From: Prorocentrum cordatum
Lineage: Eukaryota
Assembly (NCBI GenBank): GCA_963575745.1
Contig: CAUYUJ010000163.1
Span: 1 to 64,000, forward strand
Length of the DNA stretch: 64,000 nucleotides
Direction of reading: 5' to 3'
In this document: piece after piece, positions 1-11,289 of the stretch
How positions within the stretch are numbered: the first letter of the stretch is position 1
Layout of the letters: each line of letters begins with the position of its first letter
Program-made: the position numbers and the translations under genes
The notes under the pieces: model-generated
What the model saw: the letters and a program-made list of their open reading frames with translations, nothing else
Told to the model about the DNA's origin: nothing
The model's database searches: none

Positions 1-45
1 CCTCCTCCTCCTCCTCCTCCTCCTCCTCCTCTTCCTCTGCTAGCC

Positions 46-1178
46 ATGGGCCGCCCCATTGGCGTTTACCCGCGGCGGCAGATGCCAGCGGCTGTTTGGA
101 TGGCGTGCCTGGCGGCTGGCGCGCCCCAGAACTTCCTGCAGAAGGCCGCCGCCGGCATAGAGGCGCGCCTGCCAGAGCTGGACTTCCCCCTGCCGCCCGA
201 CACGCGGCCAGCGGCCTGCCGGCGGAGCTTCGCGGAGGAAGGCCTGGGGGACAACGTGACGGTCTCCATCATAATTCCTTACCTGCGAGAGAGCTGGGAC
301 CATTTCCGGCCCACGATGCGCAGCATCCTGCACTTCACGCCCGACAGGCTGATCGAGGAGTTCCTGCTGGTCTCAGACTCAAACCCGCCAGAGCTGACGT
401 TCGAGCAGGAGCTCCGGGCCATGAGCCACAAGGTCAATGTAATAAAGAATGAGAAGAGACTAGGCCTCATCGTGTCCAAGATGAGAGCCGTGGCGCTGGC
501 CCGTGGCTCTGTGCTGGTCTTCATGGAGCCGCACTGCATTGTGAACCGGCAGTGGCTGGAGCCACTGCTGGCAAGGCTGCGGGAAGCCCCGCACGCGCTC
601 GTCCAGCCGACCCTGGACGTCATTCCGATGGACGACTTCGACCGGTACTTGGAGGGAGGGCGCGGCCATTGGCGCTTCGAGTGGAACTTGAATCTGATCT
701 ACACGACGCCGCCCGAACCGTCAGAGCTGGGGCTCAAAGACGACGATCCGGTGCCGTCCCCTGCCACCTCGGGGGGCATCTTCGCCATCAGACGCGACTG
801 GTGGAACCGACTGGGGCTTTACGACCCAGAGATGCTGGAGTGGGGGGGGACCACGTGGAGGCCACCATGAAGGTGTGGCGGTGCGGAGGCCACATCGACG
901 TGCATCCCTGTAGCCGGGTGGGCCACCTCTTCCGCGACCCAGACCACAGGCCCTACAAGGTCAATCTGAAGACGGTCGTCCACAACTACGCCAGGCTTGC
1001 AAAGGTGTGGTTCGACGACTTCCTCCCGAACTTCTACAAGGTGAAGCCCGATGCCAGGTGGATGACGCTGGGGGACGTCGGCGGGCAGCAGCGACTGAGA
1101 GAGTCGCTGGGGTGTAAGGACATGAAGTGGTATTTGGCCCACGTTGACCCCGAGATGGAGTGGGAGGCCTCACACATC
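46..1178 (+). CDS. Polypeptide N-acetylgalactosaminyltransferase (GT27/GALNT-like) catalytic domain, interrupted by a 1-nt frameshift at G-run 842-849; true 3' end uncertain
   Basis: Frame 46..870 has VSIIIPY, RSIL..TP..LIEEFLLVSD, RLGLI..., LVFMEPHC.VN.QWLEPLL, GGIFAIRRDWW..LGLYDPEM.EWGG. Frame 552..1295 continues DHVEATMKVWRCGG.I.VHPCSRVGHLFR...NYARLAKVWFD...RLRESLGCK.MKWYL..V.PE. These are hallmark GALNT motifs. Similarity stops near 1178 and no ricin lectin domain is seen. Confidence 0.88.
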
Positions 1179-1286
1179 TCTCGAATAGGGGATCGACTAC
1201 AACATGGAATTCCCACCCCCCAGCTGTTTTTCCCGTCGAATCGAGAGGAACATACGTATGATGTTCGTACGTTTACGAACATGAGT

Positions 1287-1466
1287 ATCGTTTAACCGAT
1301 CCCCATCCCCAGCGGCGTGGCCTGGGCCCCACTGGCCGTCTTACTCCCCTAGACGGGGATATACGCCGTTCCCTTCGGGCTTCGAGGGGTGCATCCCCAA
1401 TTGGGGGGGTCAATTGGTGGGGGTCTCGAAGGGGATGGGGATGGGGATGGGGATCGGTTAAACGAT
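1287..1466. mobile_element. Small TIR element (MITE-like)
   Basis: ATCGTTTAACCGATCCCCATCCCC (1287-1310) is the exact reverse complement of 1443-1466. No clear TSD. Confidence 0.6.
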
Positions 1467-1707
1467 CACACTGGGAGCCGGCGGTAAACCGTCAACCAGG
1501 GCATCGCCGGGGCCCTCGTAGAGCTTTCACACTTGAGAAGAGGCTCAGAATACGACGAGAAAGCCCTCGAGTATCAGCTTAAAACTCGAAACATATATGT
1601 ATTTTGATTTTGAACGAGCACCTGCGCCAAGTGTTTTGATAGTAATACTGGACCGAGGACATCCTACGTTTTTCCCCCGTAGTTTCGACGGAGAAATGCC
1701 AATTCTC

Positions 1708-1843
1708 CTGGCATCGCTCGGACGTGTGCATTTTTCCTTCGGCGAGGACCATCGAGGAGCATCCCTGATCATTTGGCGAACAAAAAAAAAACCACGCACG
1801 AAACCAAAACCAACACAGGGAATAGACGTCCGAGCGATGGCAG
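1708..1843. mobile_element. MITE family K (TIR ~GCATCGCTCGGACGT...ACGTCCGAGCGATGGC)
   Basis: Related ~135-bp copies at about 2989-3119, 3824-4127 (holding a nested family A-like copy), 17784-17916 and 20646-20772. Confidence 0.7.
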
Positions 1844-1994
1844 GTTCTGGGGTAGACCAATGCTACCGCCGATCCCCTGCTCGCACCTCGGCGGCGCGCC
1901 CAGGTCTGGAAGGCAGAGGGGGGGCGGGCCCTCTCGGAGGGCTCCGGGGCAGGCCCCGCCGTCCTCCGAGAAGGCCCACCTCCTCTCGCTGCAC

Positions 1995-2096
1995 CCTCCT
2001 CCTCGCCCTCGCCCTCGCCCTCGTCCCGCCCTCTCGTCCTCGCCCTCTCGTTCTCGCCCTCGCCCTCGCCCTGTTGCTTCACCCTCGTCCTCGCCC

Positions 2097-2131
<35 letters not shown>

Positions 2132-2385
2132 CTCTTCTTCCCTCCTCCTCCTCCTCGTCCTCGTCCTCCTCCTCCTCCTCCTCCTCCTCCTTCCTCCTCC
2201 TCCTCCTCCCCTCCTCCTCCTCCTCCTCCTCCTCCTCCTCCTCCTCCTGCTCCTCCTCCTGCTCCTTCTCCTCCTCCTCCTCCTCCTGCTCCCCCTCCCC
2301 CTCTCCCCTCCCCCTCCCCCTCCCCCTCCTCCTCCCCTCCTCCTCCTCCCCTCCGTCCTGGTCCTCGACCTCGCCCTCGTCCTGC
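1995..2385. repeat. (CCT)n / CGCCCT microsatellite
   Basis: Direct inspection. One of many (CCT/GGA)n tracts, e.g. 1-33, 9878-9995, 16594-16803, 23715-23887, 29049-29380, 31980-32185, 32650-32935, 36995-37170, 44960-45208, 48680-48856, 50440-50822, 57352-57638, 59288-59385. Confidence 0.95.
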
Positions 2386-2488
2386 CCTCTTCGAACGGGG
2401 CTCGGACGAGGACACATCCGCTCCAGGGCGCTCCATTAGCGCTCTCAGAGCGTTCCGGAGCGCTCGGAGATGGCCGCGGCGCCCAAGA

Positions 2489-2660
2489 TCGGGGGTGGAC
2501 CGAACCCCCAACAGTGACACGTCGATTAGTGAATTGTCCGTTTTCGGTTTCAGAGAGGGCGCCGTGGCCGTTATTTTCCAGGCTTGCGCCCGCCAGGTTT
2601 GGGCCCGAAGTCGCTTTCACTAAACCACGTTTTACTAAAGGGAGGTCTGTCCATCCCCGA
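2489..2660. mobile_element. MITE family A, 5-bp TSD CAAGA
   Basis: Ends TCGGGGGTGGAC...GTCCATCCCCGA; CAAGA at 2484-2488 and 2661-2665. Confidence 0.9.
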
Positions 2661-3638
2661 CAAGACATATTCCAGAGCCGCCAGATCTCTCAGAGGTGCA
2701 CCCTATCTATCCTCACCCGAATTCCTCCTCGCCCTCGCCCTCGCCTTCTTTCGGACGCCTCATGACACGTACTACAGGCGGCCCAGATGAGTAGGTTGAC
2801 CCTGCCGGATCAAGGGTACCCTCGTGTCCTGAGTCTTGCGACCCATGCCTTCTTACACTCCTGTCGCAACGTGGCCCCCGGAAGGGTCTTTGTGCCCTCT
2901 TGCGTGCCCTCTCCAATCAAGTCTGATTGTATGACAGGCCTACCACCGCGAAGTACACTGAAATCAACCGAGCACGCTTGGCAGCGTTGGCTTCGCTCGG
3001 ACGTGTGCATTTTTTCTCCGGCGAGGACCATCGAGGAGCACCCCTGATCCTTTGGCGAAAAAAGCCACGCACGAAACCGAACAAAAGGCACCGGGAAAGG
3101 ACGCCCGAGCGACGGCCAGAGTTGGGTGCGCAGGCCTGCTCCGGTCGACATGTTTTCGTGGCACTGACAGGTGAAGTAGAGCCTTGCTTAGACATGATTA
3201 AACCATAGGAAAGTACAAACAAAGTAAAGACATTTATAAAACAAAAAACGGACGCACTTTTGCAAAATCCGGAATTTGGTGAATTTGTTTACCCATCGGT
3301 CGTTGAAAGTAGGTATTTGTGGATTTCCACATTCCAACCTTTTTTCAGCGCCTTCCTACTTCAAGAGTCGAGTGGTTCTCCCTCTTCCCTCCTCTTCGGG
3401 CGGCGGGCGGAAGCCCAATCTATTTCCAACGCCTTCCTACTTCATGTTTCTACCTACTTCTTCCGACCGATGGGTAAGCTTCGCCCTGCCTCTCGCCTCC
3501 CCCCCTCGGCGCGCCGCCGATCCTCTGCGTCCCCGGCGCCTTCTCCTTCGCGGGCGGCTGCGCGGGGCCCGCCGCCCCGGGCCGCAGCACGGTGGACCGC
3601 ACGATCCCTGCCGAGGAGCGCCGAGGCCTCCCACGAAG

Positions 3639-3818
3639 TCCAGACCCCCTCGAGTAATGAAAGCATCATTTTTTTTTTTTTTTTTTCGGCCTCCGGGGGC
3701 CCTCACCGGGCCTCGGGAGCGTCAAAAAACGACTCAGGATGCAAAGCCGGTCATGGGGAAAGGGTCGGGACCTCTGGGGGTCGACGTAATGAAAAAATCA
3801 TTACGTCGGGGGTCTGGG
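3639..3818. mobile_element. MITE family B (CCCAGACCCCC TIR), 2-bp TSD AG
   Basis: (T)CCAGACCCCC...GGGGGTCTGGG flanked by AG/AG; four more copies in the window. Confidence 0.8.
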
Positions 3819-3867
3819 AGTCTTGGCATCGCGCGGACGCGTGCACGTTTTCTCGGCGGGGGTCATT

Positions 3868-4038
3868 TCGGAGGTGGGCAGACCTCCTGCCCTGACGCGT
3901 CGATGGAGGAACTGGCCGTCTTCGGTTCGCGAGAGGGCGTCGCGGCCGTCATTTTTGCGGGTCCAGGTCCGTCTTTTTCGGTCCCAGGCCGTTTTCACCA
4001 AGGGGAGGTTTAGTACAGGGAGGTTTGTCCACCGCCGA
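3868..4038. mobile_element. Family A-related MITE nested in a family K copy
   Basis: TCGGAGGTGGGCAGACCTCC...GGAGGTTTGTCCACCGCCGA. The host K sequence is contiguous in the copy near 20670. Confidence 0.75.
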
Positions 4039-4661
4039 TTACTGAGGAGCATCCCGGATCGTCCTGCGATAAAGCCACGCACGAAGCCGGAAAAAGCACG
4101 GGGAATGGACGTCCGAGCGATGGCCAGAAGTGGGGGGTCCGAGGGCAGTCCAGTTCGGCAGCAGAGCAGCAGAGTGCCAGGCCTCCCAAAAGGGGCGAAG
4201 GAGGCGGCACCAACACCACCAGGGGGCCACCTCCAGCGAGGAGGTCCACGATGCCTCCCCGAGCTGGAGGCTGGGGATGTCCCGAGCGAGAGGGGGGACC
4301 ACGCCACCAGGGGATCACTCCCTGGCTCCTCCCGCTTGTGGTCCCTGGTGGTGTTGGTGTCGGTTTTTTCCATGTCCCTACCAAAGGGGGGGTTCCGAGG
4401 GCAGTCCAGTTCGGCCGGAGAGCAGCGGAGCCTGGGGAGCCCTCTCGAGTTTCCCTCTTCGGCGTGCGCGTCGATTGGCGTCTGGGAGTCGATGAGATGG
4501 CGCCGATTTAGCGTCGGTGAGCGTCGATTTAGCGTCGACTAGCGTCGATGACCGTCGATTCGCAGGCGCCGACAAGATTGCATGGGAGGCTCCCAAGAGT
4601 TGCCACCGAAGTCAAGATTGAGAGGTCGGAGTACAGACATGGTTGAGAGTATCTAGGCCTA

Positions 4662-4910
4662 CTAGATGGGGTCGGAGTAGATGGGGTCGGAGGATCGCGC
4701 CGCATCGCCGATGCATCGCCGATGCATTTGCGACGCGCGCGGCTCGATGTTGGGCCCAATTCTCTCCACGCCGACGTCGCCGATGCACCGCCGACGTCGC
4801 CAGTGCATCGCCGCCGCATTGCCGATGCCTCGGCGATGCATCGCCGATGTCGCCGATGTATCGGCGATGCGGCGACACCCTTCGACCCCATCTACTCGGA
4901 CTCCATCCAG
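4662..4910. mobile_element. TIR element with internal GCATCGCCGATGC palindromic repeats (family G)
   Basis: CTAGATGGGGTCGGAGTAGATGGGGTCG pairs with CGACCCCATCTACTCGGACTCCATCCAG. Related segments at about 5680-5835 and 56790-56870. Confidence 0.65.
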
Positions 4911-6208
4911 GAGGCCTCTGGATGCGCTGTAAGGATGGAAGCCCCTTGGACGCCCATGTCTCATATGAGGAAAAAGGTACTCCTGCCGCTAAGCTTCCCT
5001 CTCTCTCGGCCTCCTGGGAGGCCCTCGCGGCCACCGCTGGATTCGCCTCGAAATCTTCGTCAAAACGCACCCCGGGAGAGGTCAGGGGACTAGAGGTATC
5101 GGTACCTTTTGTCTTTCCCAATGTCGAAGATCAATCAGTGGCGAAACGTCCTGGCGTGCGTTCTGTCCCACTAAACAATGTTCTAAGATTTTTTGTGGTT
5201 TCGACGAAATGTTCTTAGAACATTTCTGTTCTTAGAACATTTTTCAGGGTCTAAGAACACTTCGTGGTAGGCCTATAGGAATGCCAGGACGGTCGGTCCC
5301 TGCTCAAGAAGAGCTCTTCGAGTTCGGCTGGCCATCGAACGTGGCCGAGGATGGGCCGACGAGCCGAAGAGGGGATGCGAGGTGCCCCTGGGAAGGTTAC
5401 CCATCCTTATCGTCGGCATTGGCTGTAGGTCTCATGGCGTCAACATAGCGGAGCGGATTTCGTTCGGAAGACGAGAAGATGGGTCCGGAGTGTCCTGGAG
5501 AATTTCGTACTGGATTTCGAGGTGAATTTCGTGCGGATTTGTTCGGCCAGGAAGGACGACTAAAACAAATCCACGCGACATTCACTTCGTTATTCACTCG
5601 CCGTTTCGGAGTTTTGCATTGACAGAAATCCACGCACAAATCCGCTGCAGCACGTCTGCAAGATCGGTGCAGTGATAGGTGGGCTCTAAGGATCGCCCCG
5701 CATCGCCGAGGCATCGCCGATGCATCGGCGATGCGGTCCGATGTGGAGCCCGACGTTCTCCACGCCGACGCTGCTGGTGCATCGCCGATGCCTCGGCGAT
5801 GCATCGGCGATGCGGAGCGATCCTCCGACCCCGCCTACAGTCGATACCGATGATAGTGATGAGCAAGCTTTCCACGGGCACCCTTGCATCCATGCCTCTG
5901 CGGCTCGTCGGCCCGTCCTCGGCCACTTTCCATGGCCGGCCCCGCCTGAAGAACTCCGGCATGGGCGCCCAAGGGGCCTGCGTCCTCATCGCGCATCCTC
6001 ACCTTCAGTCTCGACTGCACTCGGCCGCCACCTTGGGAGCCCCCAGAGGAGTACAAGCGGCGCCGCGCGGAGATCGTGGCGGCCCTCGCCCAGGGCGAGG
6101 AGGGCCCCGAGTCTCACGAGCTCTGAGCTCGGCGGCCTCTCGCCAGAGGGGCATCTGGTGCGGGCACGCTTCGCTCAGGAGGCCGACTGCAACATGGATT
6201 GGGAAGGC

Positions 6209-6366
6209 TTACCAGCCTCGAACTTATCCCTATCCCTAAGATTGACACGCCAAAAGGCGATGACAATCTTTGGGATTCGCCCTCAAAGAATAAGGGAATC
6301 CCTAAGATTGGCATCCTGATGAGGAGATGCCCAGCATAGAGATAGGGATATGTTCCAGGCTGGTAA
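6209..6366. mobile_element. MITE family I, 5-bp TSD AAGGC
   Basis: TTACCAGCCTCGAAC...GTTCCAGGCTGGTAA; AAGGC at 6204-6208 and 6367-6371. Second copy 18144-18309 (TGGGA/GGGGA). Confidence 0.88.
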
Positions 6367-6872
6367 AAGGCCTCGTCGGCCGGCGCCACCGACCCTGGAG
6401 AGGGGCGGCGACGACGGCGGCGGCGGCGACGACGATGCTGGCGCTCTGGAGCCCTTCTCGGGGCTCTCTCTTGGGAGCCTCTTGAGCTTTCTCTGTGGGC
6501 CAGGGCTGGGGCTGGGGCCGGGGCCTTCGAGCCGGAGATCGGCTGCAGAATGGATTTGCCCCAGAACTGTCATGTTTTTCGCAGGGTCCACCAGGAAGGC
6601 GTCGACTGTTCGCAGATCCACAGAAGTAGTACGTGCTTTTTTCCGTCGATTCGACGAACATTTGGATTCTCCACGCTTCGCAATTCCCTACCAGCCCATT
6701 CGGAAAACTTGCCCATGAGAGTTGAAGGCACAAGGAACGGAAAGACAAGTGCATTGAAACAAACGCGGGCCACCAGGGTGAACAGAGAGAGATCTCTGGG
6801 AGCAAGGGGGCGGCTTTGGAGGGCCTCTTCGGGCCATCCCTGGGATCCGCGTGGGGCCGACGATGCTTGGGA

Positions 6873-7070
6873 CCCAGACCCCCGACGTAATGATTTTTTC
6901 ATTACGTCGACCCCCAGAGGTCCCGACCCTTTCCCCATGACCGGCTTTGCATCCCGAGTCGTTTTGTTGACGCTCCCGAGGCCCGGTGAGGGCCCCCGGA
7001 GGCCGAAAATGAAGAAAAACCTTTTGTCATGATTTTTTTTTTTTTTTTTTTTTACTCGAGGGGGTCTGGG
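6873..7070. mobile_element. MITE family B, 2-bp TSD GA (opposite orientation)
   Basis: CCCAGACCCCCG...GGGGGTCTGGG flanked by GA/GA. Confidence 0.82.
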
Positions 7071-7248
7071 GACGATGCTTGGGGGCATCGCACATCGCGC
7101 CGCCCCCGAACCTTGACTCCGAGCGCGCTCCAGGGCGCTCGGGCGCGGCTCGCGGCCGTCCCGCGCCCTCGCGCTCGCCGCGGCGCCATCGCCAGCGGCA
7201 GGTGGCCGCCTTCGCCGCTGCCCGCGGCCGCCCAGGGGCCGCGTCCTC

Positions 7249-7673
7249 CCCAGACCCTCTGGAGTAATGACATAATCACGACGGGAGGTTGTCCGTTACT
7301 TTCGGCTTCTGGGGGCCCTTACGGGGCCTCGGGACTGTGGACAGACCTCCTGCCCTGACACGTCTATTAAGGAATTGGCCGTTTTCGGTTCGCGAGAGGG
7401 CGTCGCGGCCGTCATGTTTGCGGGTCCAGGTCCGTCGGTTTCGGTCCCAGGCTGCTTTCACTAAGGGGAGGTTTGCTAAAGGGAGGTTTGTCCACTGCCG
7501 ATAGTTAAAAAATCACGACGGGAGGTTTTCCGTTACTTTCGGCTTTTGGGGGCCCTTACCGGGGCGCCTCGGGATTGTGAAAAAACGATTCAGGATGACA
7601 AACAGGTCCCGGGAATGGGTCGAGAACTTTGGGGGTCGACGTCATGAAAAAATCCGGACGTCGGGGGTCTGGG
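7249..7673. mobile_element. MITE family B (TSD TC) containing a 5'-truncated family A-like copy
   Basis: CCCAGACC at 7249, GGGGGTCTGGG ending 7673, TC/TC flanks. The A-like segment 7337-7501 lies between two copies of a ~65-bp internal B segment. Confidence 0.75.
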
Positions 7674-7838
7674 TCTGTCTCCAGTACCCATCGGTCGCTG
7701 AAGGTAGGATCTTCTACCTTCCCATATTCCCATCTGCTTTACGCGCCTGTCTGCTTCAATGATCGGGGGCTTCACCTTTTCCGTCCTCCTTAGGGGGCAA
7801 GGGACACTTAATCTATTTGCAACGCCTTCCTACTTCAT

Positions 7839-8007
7839 TCGGGGGTGGACAGACCTCCTACCCTGACACGTCGATTAGTGAGTTGTCCGTTTTCGGTTCT
7901 CGAGGGCGCCGCGGCCGTCGTTTTCCAGGCTTACCGCCGCCAGGTTTGGGCCCGAGGTCGTTATCACTAAACCACGTTTTACTAAAGGGAGGTCTGTCCA
8001 TCCCCGA
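7839..8007. mobile_element. MITE family A, 5-bp TSD TTCAT
   Basis: TTCAT at 7834-7838 and 8008-8012. The uninterrupted host sequence (single TTCAT) is at 3421-3475. Confidence 0.92.
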
Positions 8008-9627
8008 TTCATGTCTCTACCCACTTCTTCCGATCGATGGGTGGGCGGCACGGCCTTACTGCAGCGGCAGGCGGACGGACGGGGGCCCCTGCTGGCTGCC
8101 CTGCTGGCCATCGACCGCGGTGCGCTGCGGCATGACCAGTGGCTGCTGCGGCGTTCGCTCCTGCTCGTTGGGCCGCCCTTCTTTGGGCCTCCTCGCCGCG
8201 TTCCTCGGCGGGGCCGCCGGCTGCTCTTGCAAGTGGCCGCCGGTCCGCGCACGAGCGCCGCCGGCTGGTGCTGCATCCTCCCGGTCGGCACGCGGCGCCG
8301 CTTCACGGCGTGCTCCCGCGCGCGCGCGCGCGCCCTTGTCCGTCTGCGGCTTGGGGGCCTCGATTTGCCTCTCGACCGGGACGCTCGCGATCCTCTCCCC
8401 CCTGGCGATGGCGGCCCCTTCCTTGGGCTGCCTGACCTTATGGATGACCTGCAGGGGGCCCAGAAGCGGCGGCACCCCCCCCAGGGGCGACGCGCGCACC
8501 GAGAAATCTTATAGTATATGCGTCGTGGCGGGCGCTTCCTGGCCACGCAGCTCGGGAAGCGATGCACTGCAAGATGGGTATACTATATGCTCAGGTCGGA
8601 CGCGCGCGCCCGAGGAGGACATGTAGTACTAGTATGTCCCTGTGCGTCCCATGCGAGGGCAGCCCCGCTGGCCTGTGCTTGCGCCGCGCCCCCACTCGCT
8701 TCATCTCCTGCATCGTGTCCTCCTGCCGCTCGGGGTGCGCTCGCGTCTAGGGAAGTGAGCTGCTGGGGCCGCTGGCTGCGGCCGTGCCGCTGGGCCCGGC
8801 TGGAGCTGCTGCCCTGTCTCCGTCTTGCGCGGCTGCTGCGCTCCTCCTCCTCCTCCTCCTCCTCCTCCTCCTTCTCCTCCTCCTGCTTAGTTCCCGCGAT
8901 CCGAGGAACTCCGCAACGAGCTGGTGCGCTTCCGCTGCTCTGCCGATGCCACCACCGTTGCCGCCTTCCGCTGCCTGGGCTCTGGCTGGCCTGCGGCTCC
9001 GCGCGCTGGTGAGCCGTGCTCTTGGGCACATCCCCTCTGCCAATCTGCGCATCCTGTTGGCTCGTTCTTGCTGCGGCAAGTGCTCCGCGGCGATGTTGCA
9101 TCGCTGCGTTGGCAGCACGCGCATAACATGCGGGATGCAGGCTGCCCTCCAGCTCCTCAGCGCGCGTTTGCCGTCGGCTGGGATCCACCACTTCGCCAGG
9201 TCCCCCATCGCATCCTGGATGTGCCTGGCTGGCGATGCCCCGGGCCGCCTGGAGCGCTGGGTCTGGTGCTGGGTCCCGCTTCCAGTCGTGCGCGTGCTCG
9301 CTGCCTCCTCGTGCTGGGTGCGGACGATGGGTGGCCCCGCTCGCGTCCGACGGGGGCCTCGCGGCAGCTTCCTCGGCCTGGCCGCCTTGGAGCGACGGCC
9401 CCGCGATTGCGTGCGGGTGCCTGGCTAGAATTATGATGTTCCAACCTACTTTAGCCTTGACCACCGGGAAGAATTTCGAGCGCCCAAAAGAATACCGAAC
9501 TTCAAGGGTTTTCACGTGTCGGGCACTGGGAGACACTCGTCCGACACCGTTTCGACACTGCTTCGACACTCTTCTGACACTTTTCGGGGCGCTCGAAATT
9601 GTTTCTGGGATGTGGTCCTTAAGTCGG

Positions 9628-9778
9628 ATGGGGACAACGTGCGAACCCTACCCCTACCCCCCACGATTTCTGAGGGGGAGGGTGGGGTTCACTTCGTTCG
9701 GGAGCTCCCGAGCGAAGTGACCCCCCCCCCTCAGAAATCGCGGGGGGCAGGGATCGGGTTCGCGTGTGGCCCCCTATC
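9628..9778. mobile_element. Near-fully palindromic hairpin element (family F)
   Basis: Arms GCGAACCC..CGATTTCTGAGGGGG..TCACTTCGTTCGGGAG / CTCCCGAGCGAAGTGA..CCCCCTCAGAAATCG..GGGTTCGC. Partial copies near 29403-29510 and 33460-33575. Confidence 0.75.
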
Positions 9779-10203
9779 AGCCTGGCCGCCTTGGAGCGAC
9801 GGCCCCTCCGATGGCGTGCGGGTGCCTGGCTAGACTCCGGAGGGGAAAACACACACAGGCACGATGAATCGTCGATTGAGGAGGAGGAGGAGGAGGAGGA
9901 GGAGGAGGAGGAGGAGGAGGAGGAGGAGGAGGAGGAGGAGGAGGAGGAGGAGGAGGAGGAGGAGGAGGGGAGGAGGAGGAGGAGGAGGGGGAGGAGGGCT
10001 CCCTGTGTGTTTCTTTGTGTGTCACAGGGCCCCTTCTTTGGACCGCCCGCCCGCCGGGCCCCTCCCGGCGCTCCGCGGCCGGTGCCGAGGGGGCCTCTCG
10101 CTCGGGCCGCGCCTCCCCTCTCGCGGCTCTCGGCGCCCCGCACGTGGCGACCGCCGTGCGCCCGGGGCGCTCCCCCTCCTCTCGGGGGGGGGGGGGGAGA
10201 TCT

Positions 10204-10393
10204 TCGGGGGCGGAAAGGAGGGGGGTGATGACGAGGGGGGGGATATCATGGCGTGGGCCATGATGTTTTCCCAGATTTCATGGCGCCTCCTCTTGTTTCA
10301 TTACGTCCCTGGCCCCCCGCTGGGTCGCGCACATGCCGCCGGTCATGATTTGCACCCCCCCCCCTTGGACACCCCCCTCTTTGCCGCCCCCGA
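10204..10393. mobile_element. MITE family C (TCGGGGGCGG...CCGCCCCCGA)
   Basis: TIR shares the TCGG terminus with family A. Second copy 29891-30321 has CGACC/CAACC flanks and a nested family B copy (29932-30119). Confidence 0.75.
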
Positions 10394-10755
10394 GAGATCG
10401 ATCCTCGATTCCTCCTCGATGCCCAGGAAGATGTGGGAAGATCTGGGAAGTGGGGGGGGGACAAGAAGAACACACCGACACAATTCATCCTCGATGCCCA
10501 GGAAGATGTGGGAAGATATGGGAAGTGGGGGGGGGACAAAAACCCAGAACAAATATGGGAAACTATGGGGAATCTGGTCATTCGTGTGTGAGGAGCCGCA
10601 AACACTGTACCAAGCCGCGTGCAATAGCCACGGGCCCCACGCTGAATCGGCGCGCGCCGCCACGGCGCCGGGCGGCACGGCGCCGGGCGGCACTGGCGCC
10701 ATGCTTTTTGGGGGTGCCTTCCCCGATCCATGGATCTGGTGACCACGCGCCAGAT

Positions 10756-10946
10756 TTAAGCCGGGCCTATCCCCCTACAGGGGGGTTTTCGACGAAAAAT
10801 AAAAAATAACTAAAACATAATCCAAAAATAATCCAAAAATAGTCTGGGGACTATTTTTCGCGTTTTTTTAAACTTTTTTGTGCATTTTTGTGGTACTTTT
10901 TATTTTTCGTCGAAAATGCCCCTGTAGGGGGACAGGCCCGACTTAA
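10756..10946. mobile_element. MITE family J, 8-bp TSD CGCCAGAT
   Basis: TTAAGCCGGGCCTATCCCCCTACAGGGG...CCCCTGTAGGGGGACAGGCCCGACTTAA; TSD at 10748-10755 and 10947-10954. Empty host site near 47347-47393. Confidence 0.9.
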
Positions 10947-11289
10947 CGCCAGATCCACGGATCCCTCATCCATGCCAGCGTGCGCCCGGGGGAGGGGGAG
11001 GGCGATGCAGTGCAGCTCAGCGCGGGCGGGGTGGGCGGGACTGCGGCGGCGCCTCCCCGTCTCCTGCAGCCGTTTCTGCCTCTCAGGGGCCCCGCAGGAG
11101 GGCAGCGCCAGCAGCCCACTGCGAGCTGCACACTGCTAGCGTTGAGCCCGGGTCAGCAGACCTGATGGGCATATTTCTCCACCACCATTACCGTGGGCAG
11201 GACGGAGGAGAAGGGAGGATGGGGAGGTTCTCCTCCTCCTCCTCCTCCTCCTCCTCCTCCTCCTCCTCCTCGTCCCCCCTCTCCTTCAT

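Noticed and set aside
1179..1295. C-terminal extension SRIGDRLQHG... as part of the GALNT protein
   Set aside because: Codon bias and similarity drop, and the sequence is hairpin-rich and runs into a TIR element; more likely intron or insertion.
1579..2765. Long poly-E/G/R/P/S/L ORFs here and at every GGA/CCT, GAT and GAC tract
   Set aside because: Stop-free trinucleotide microsatellites; no domain content.
6311..6335. CTGATGAG as a hammerhead ribozyme core
   Set aside because: It lies in the loop of a simple GGCATC/GATGCC hairpin with no stem II-GAAA arrangement, and the second copy (near 18257) reads GTGATGAG.
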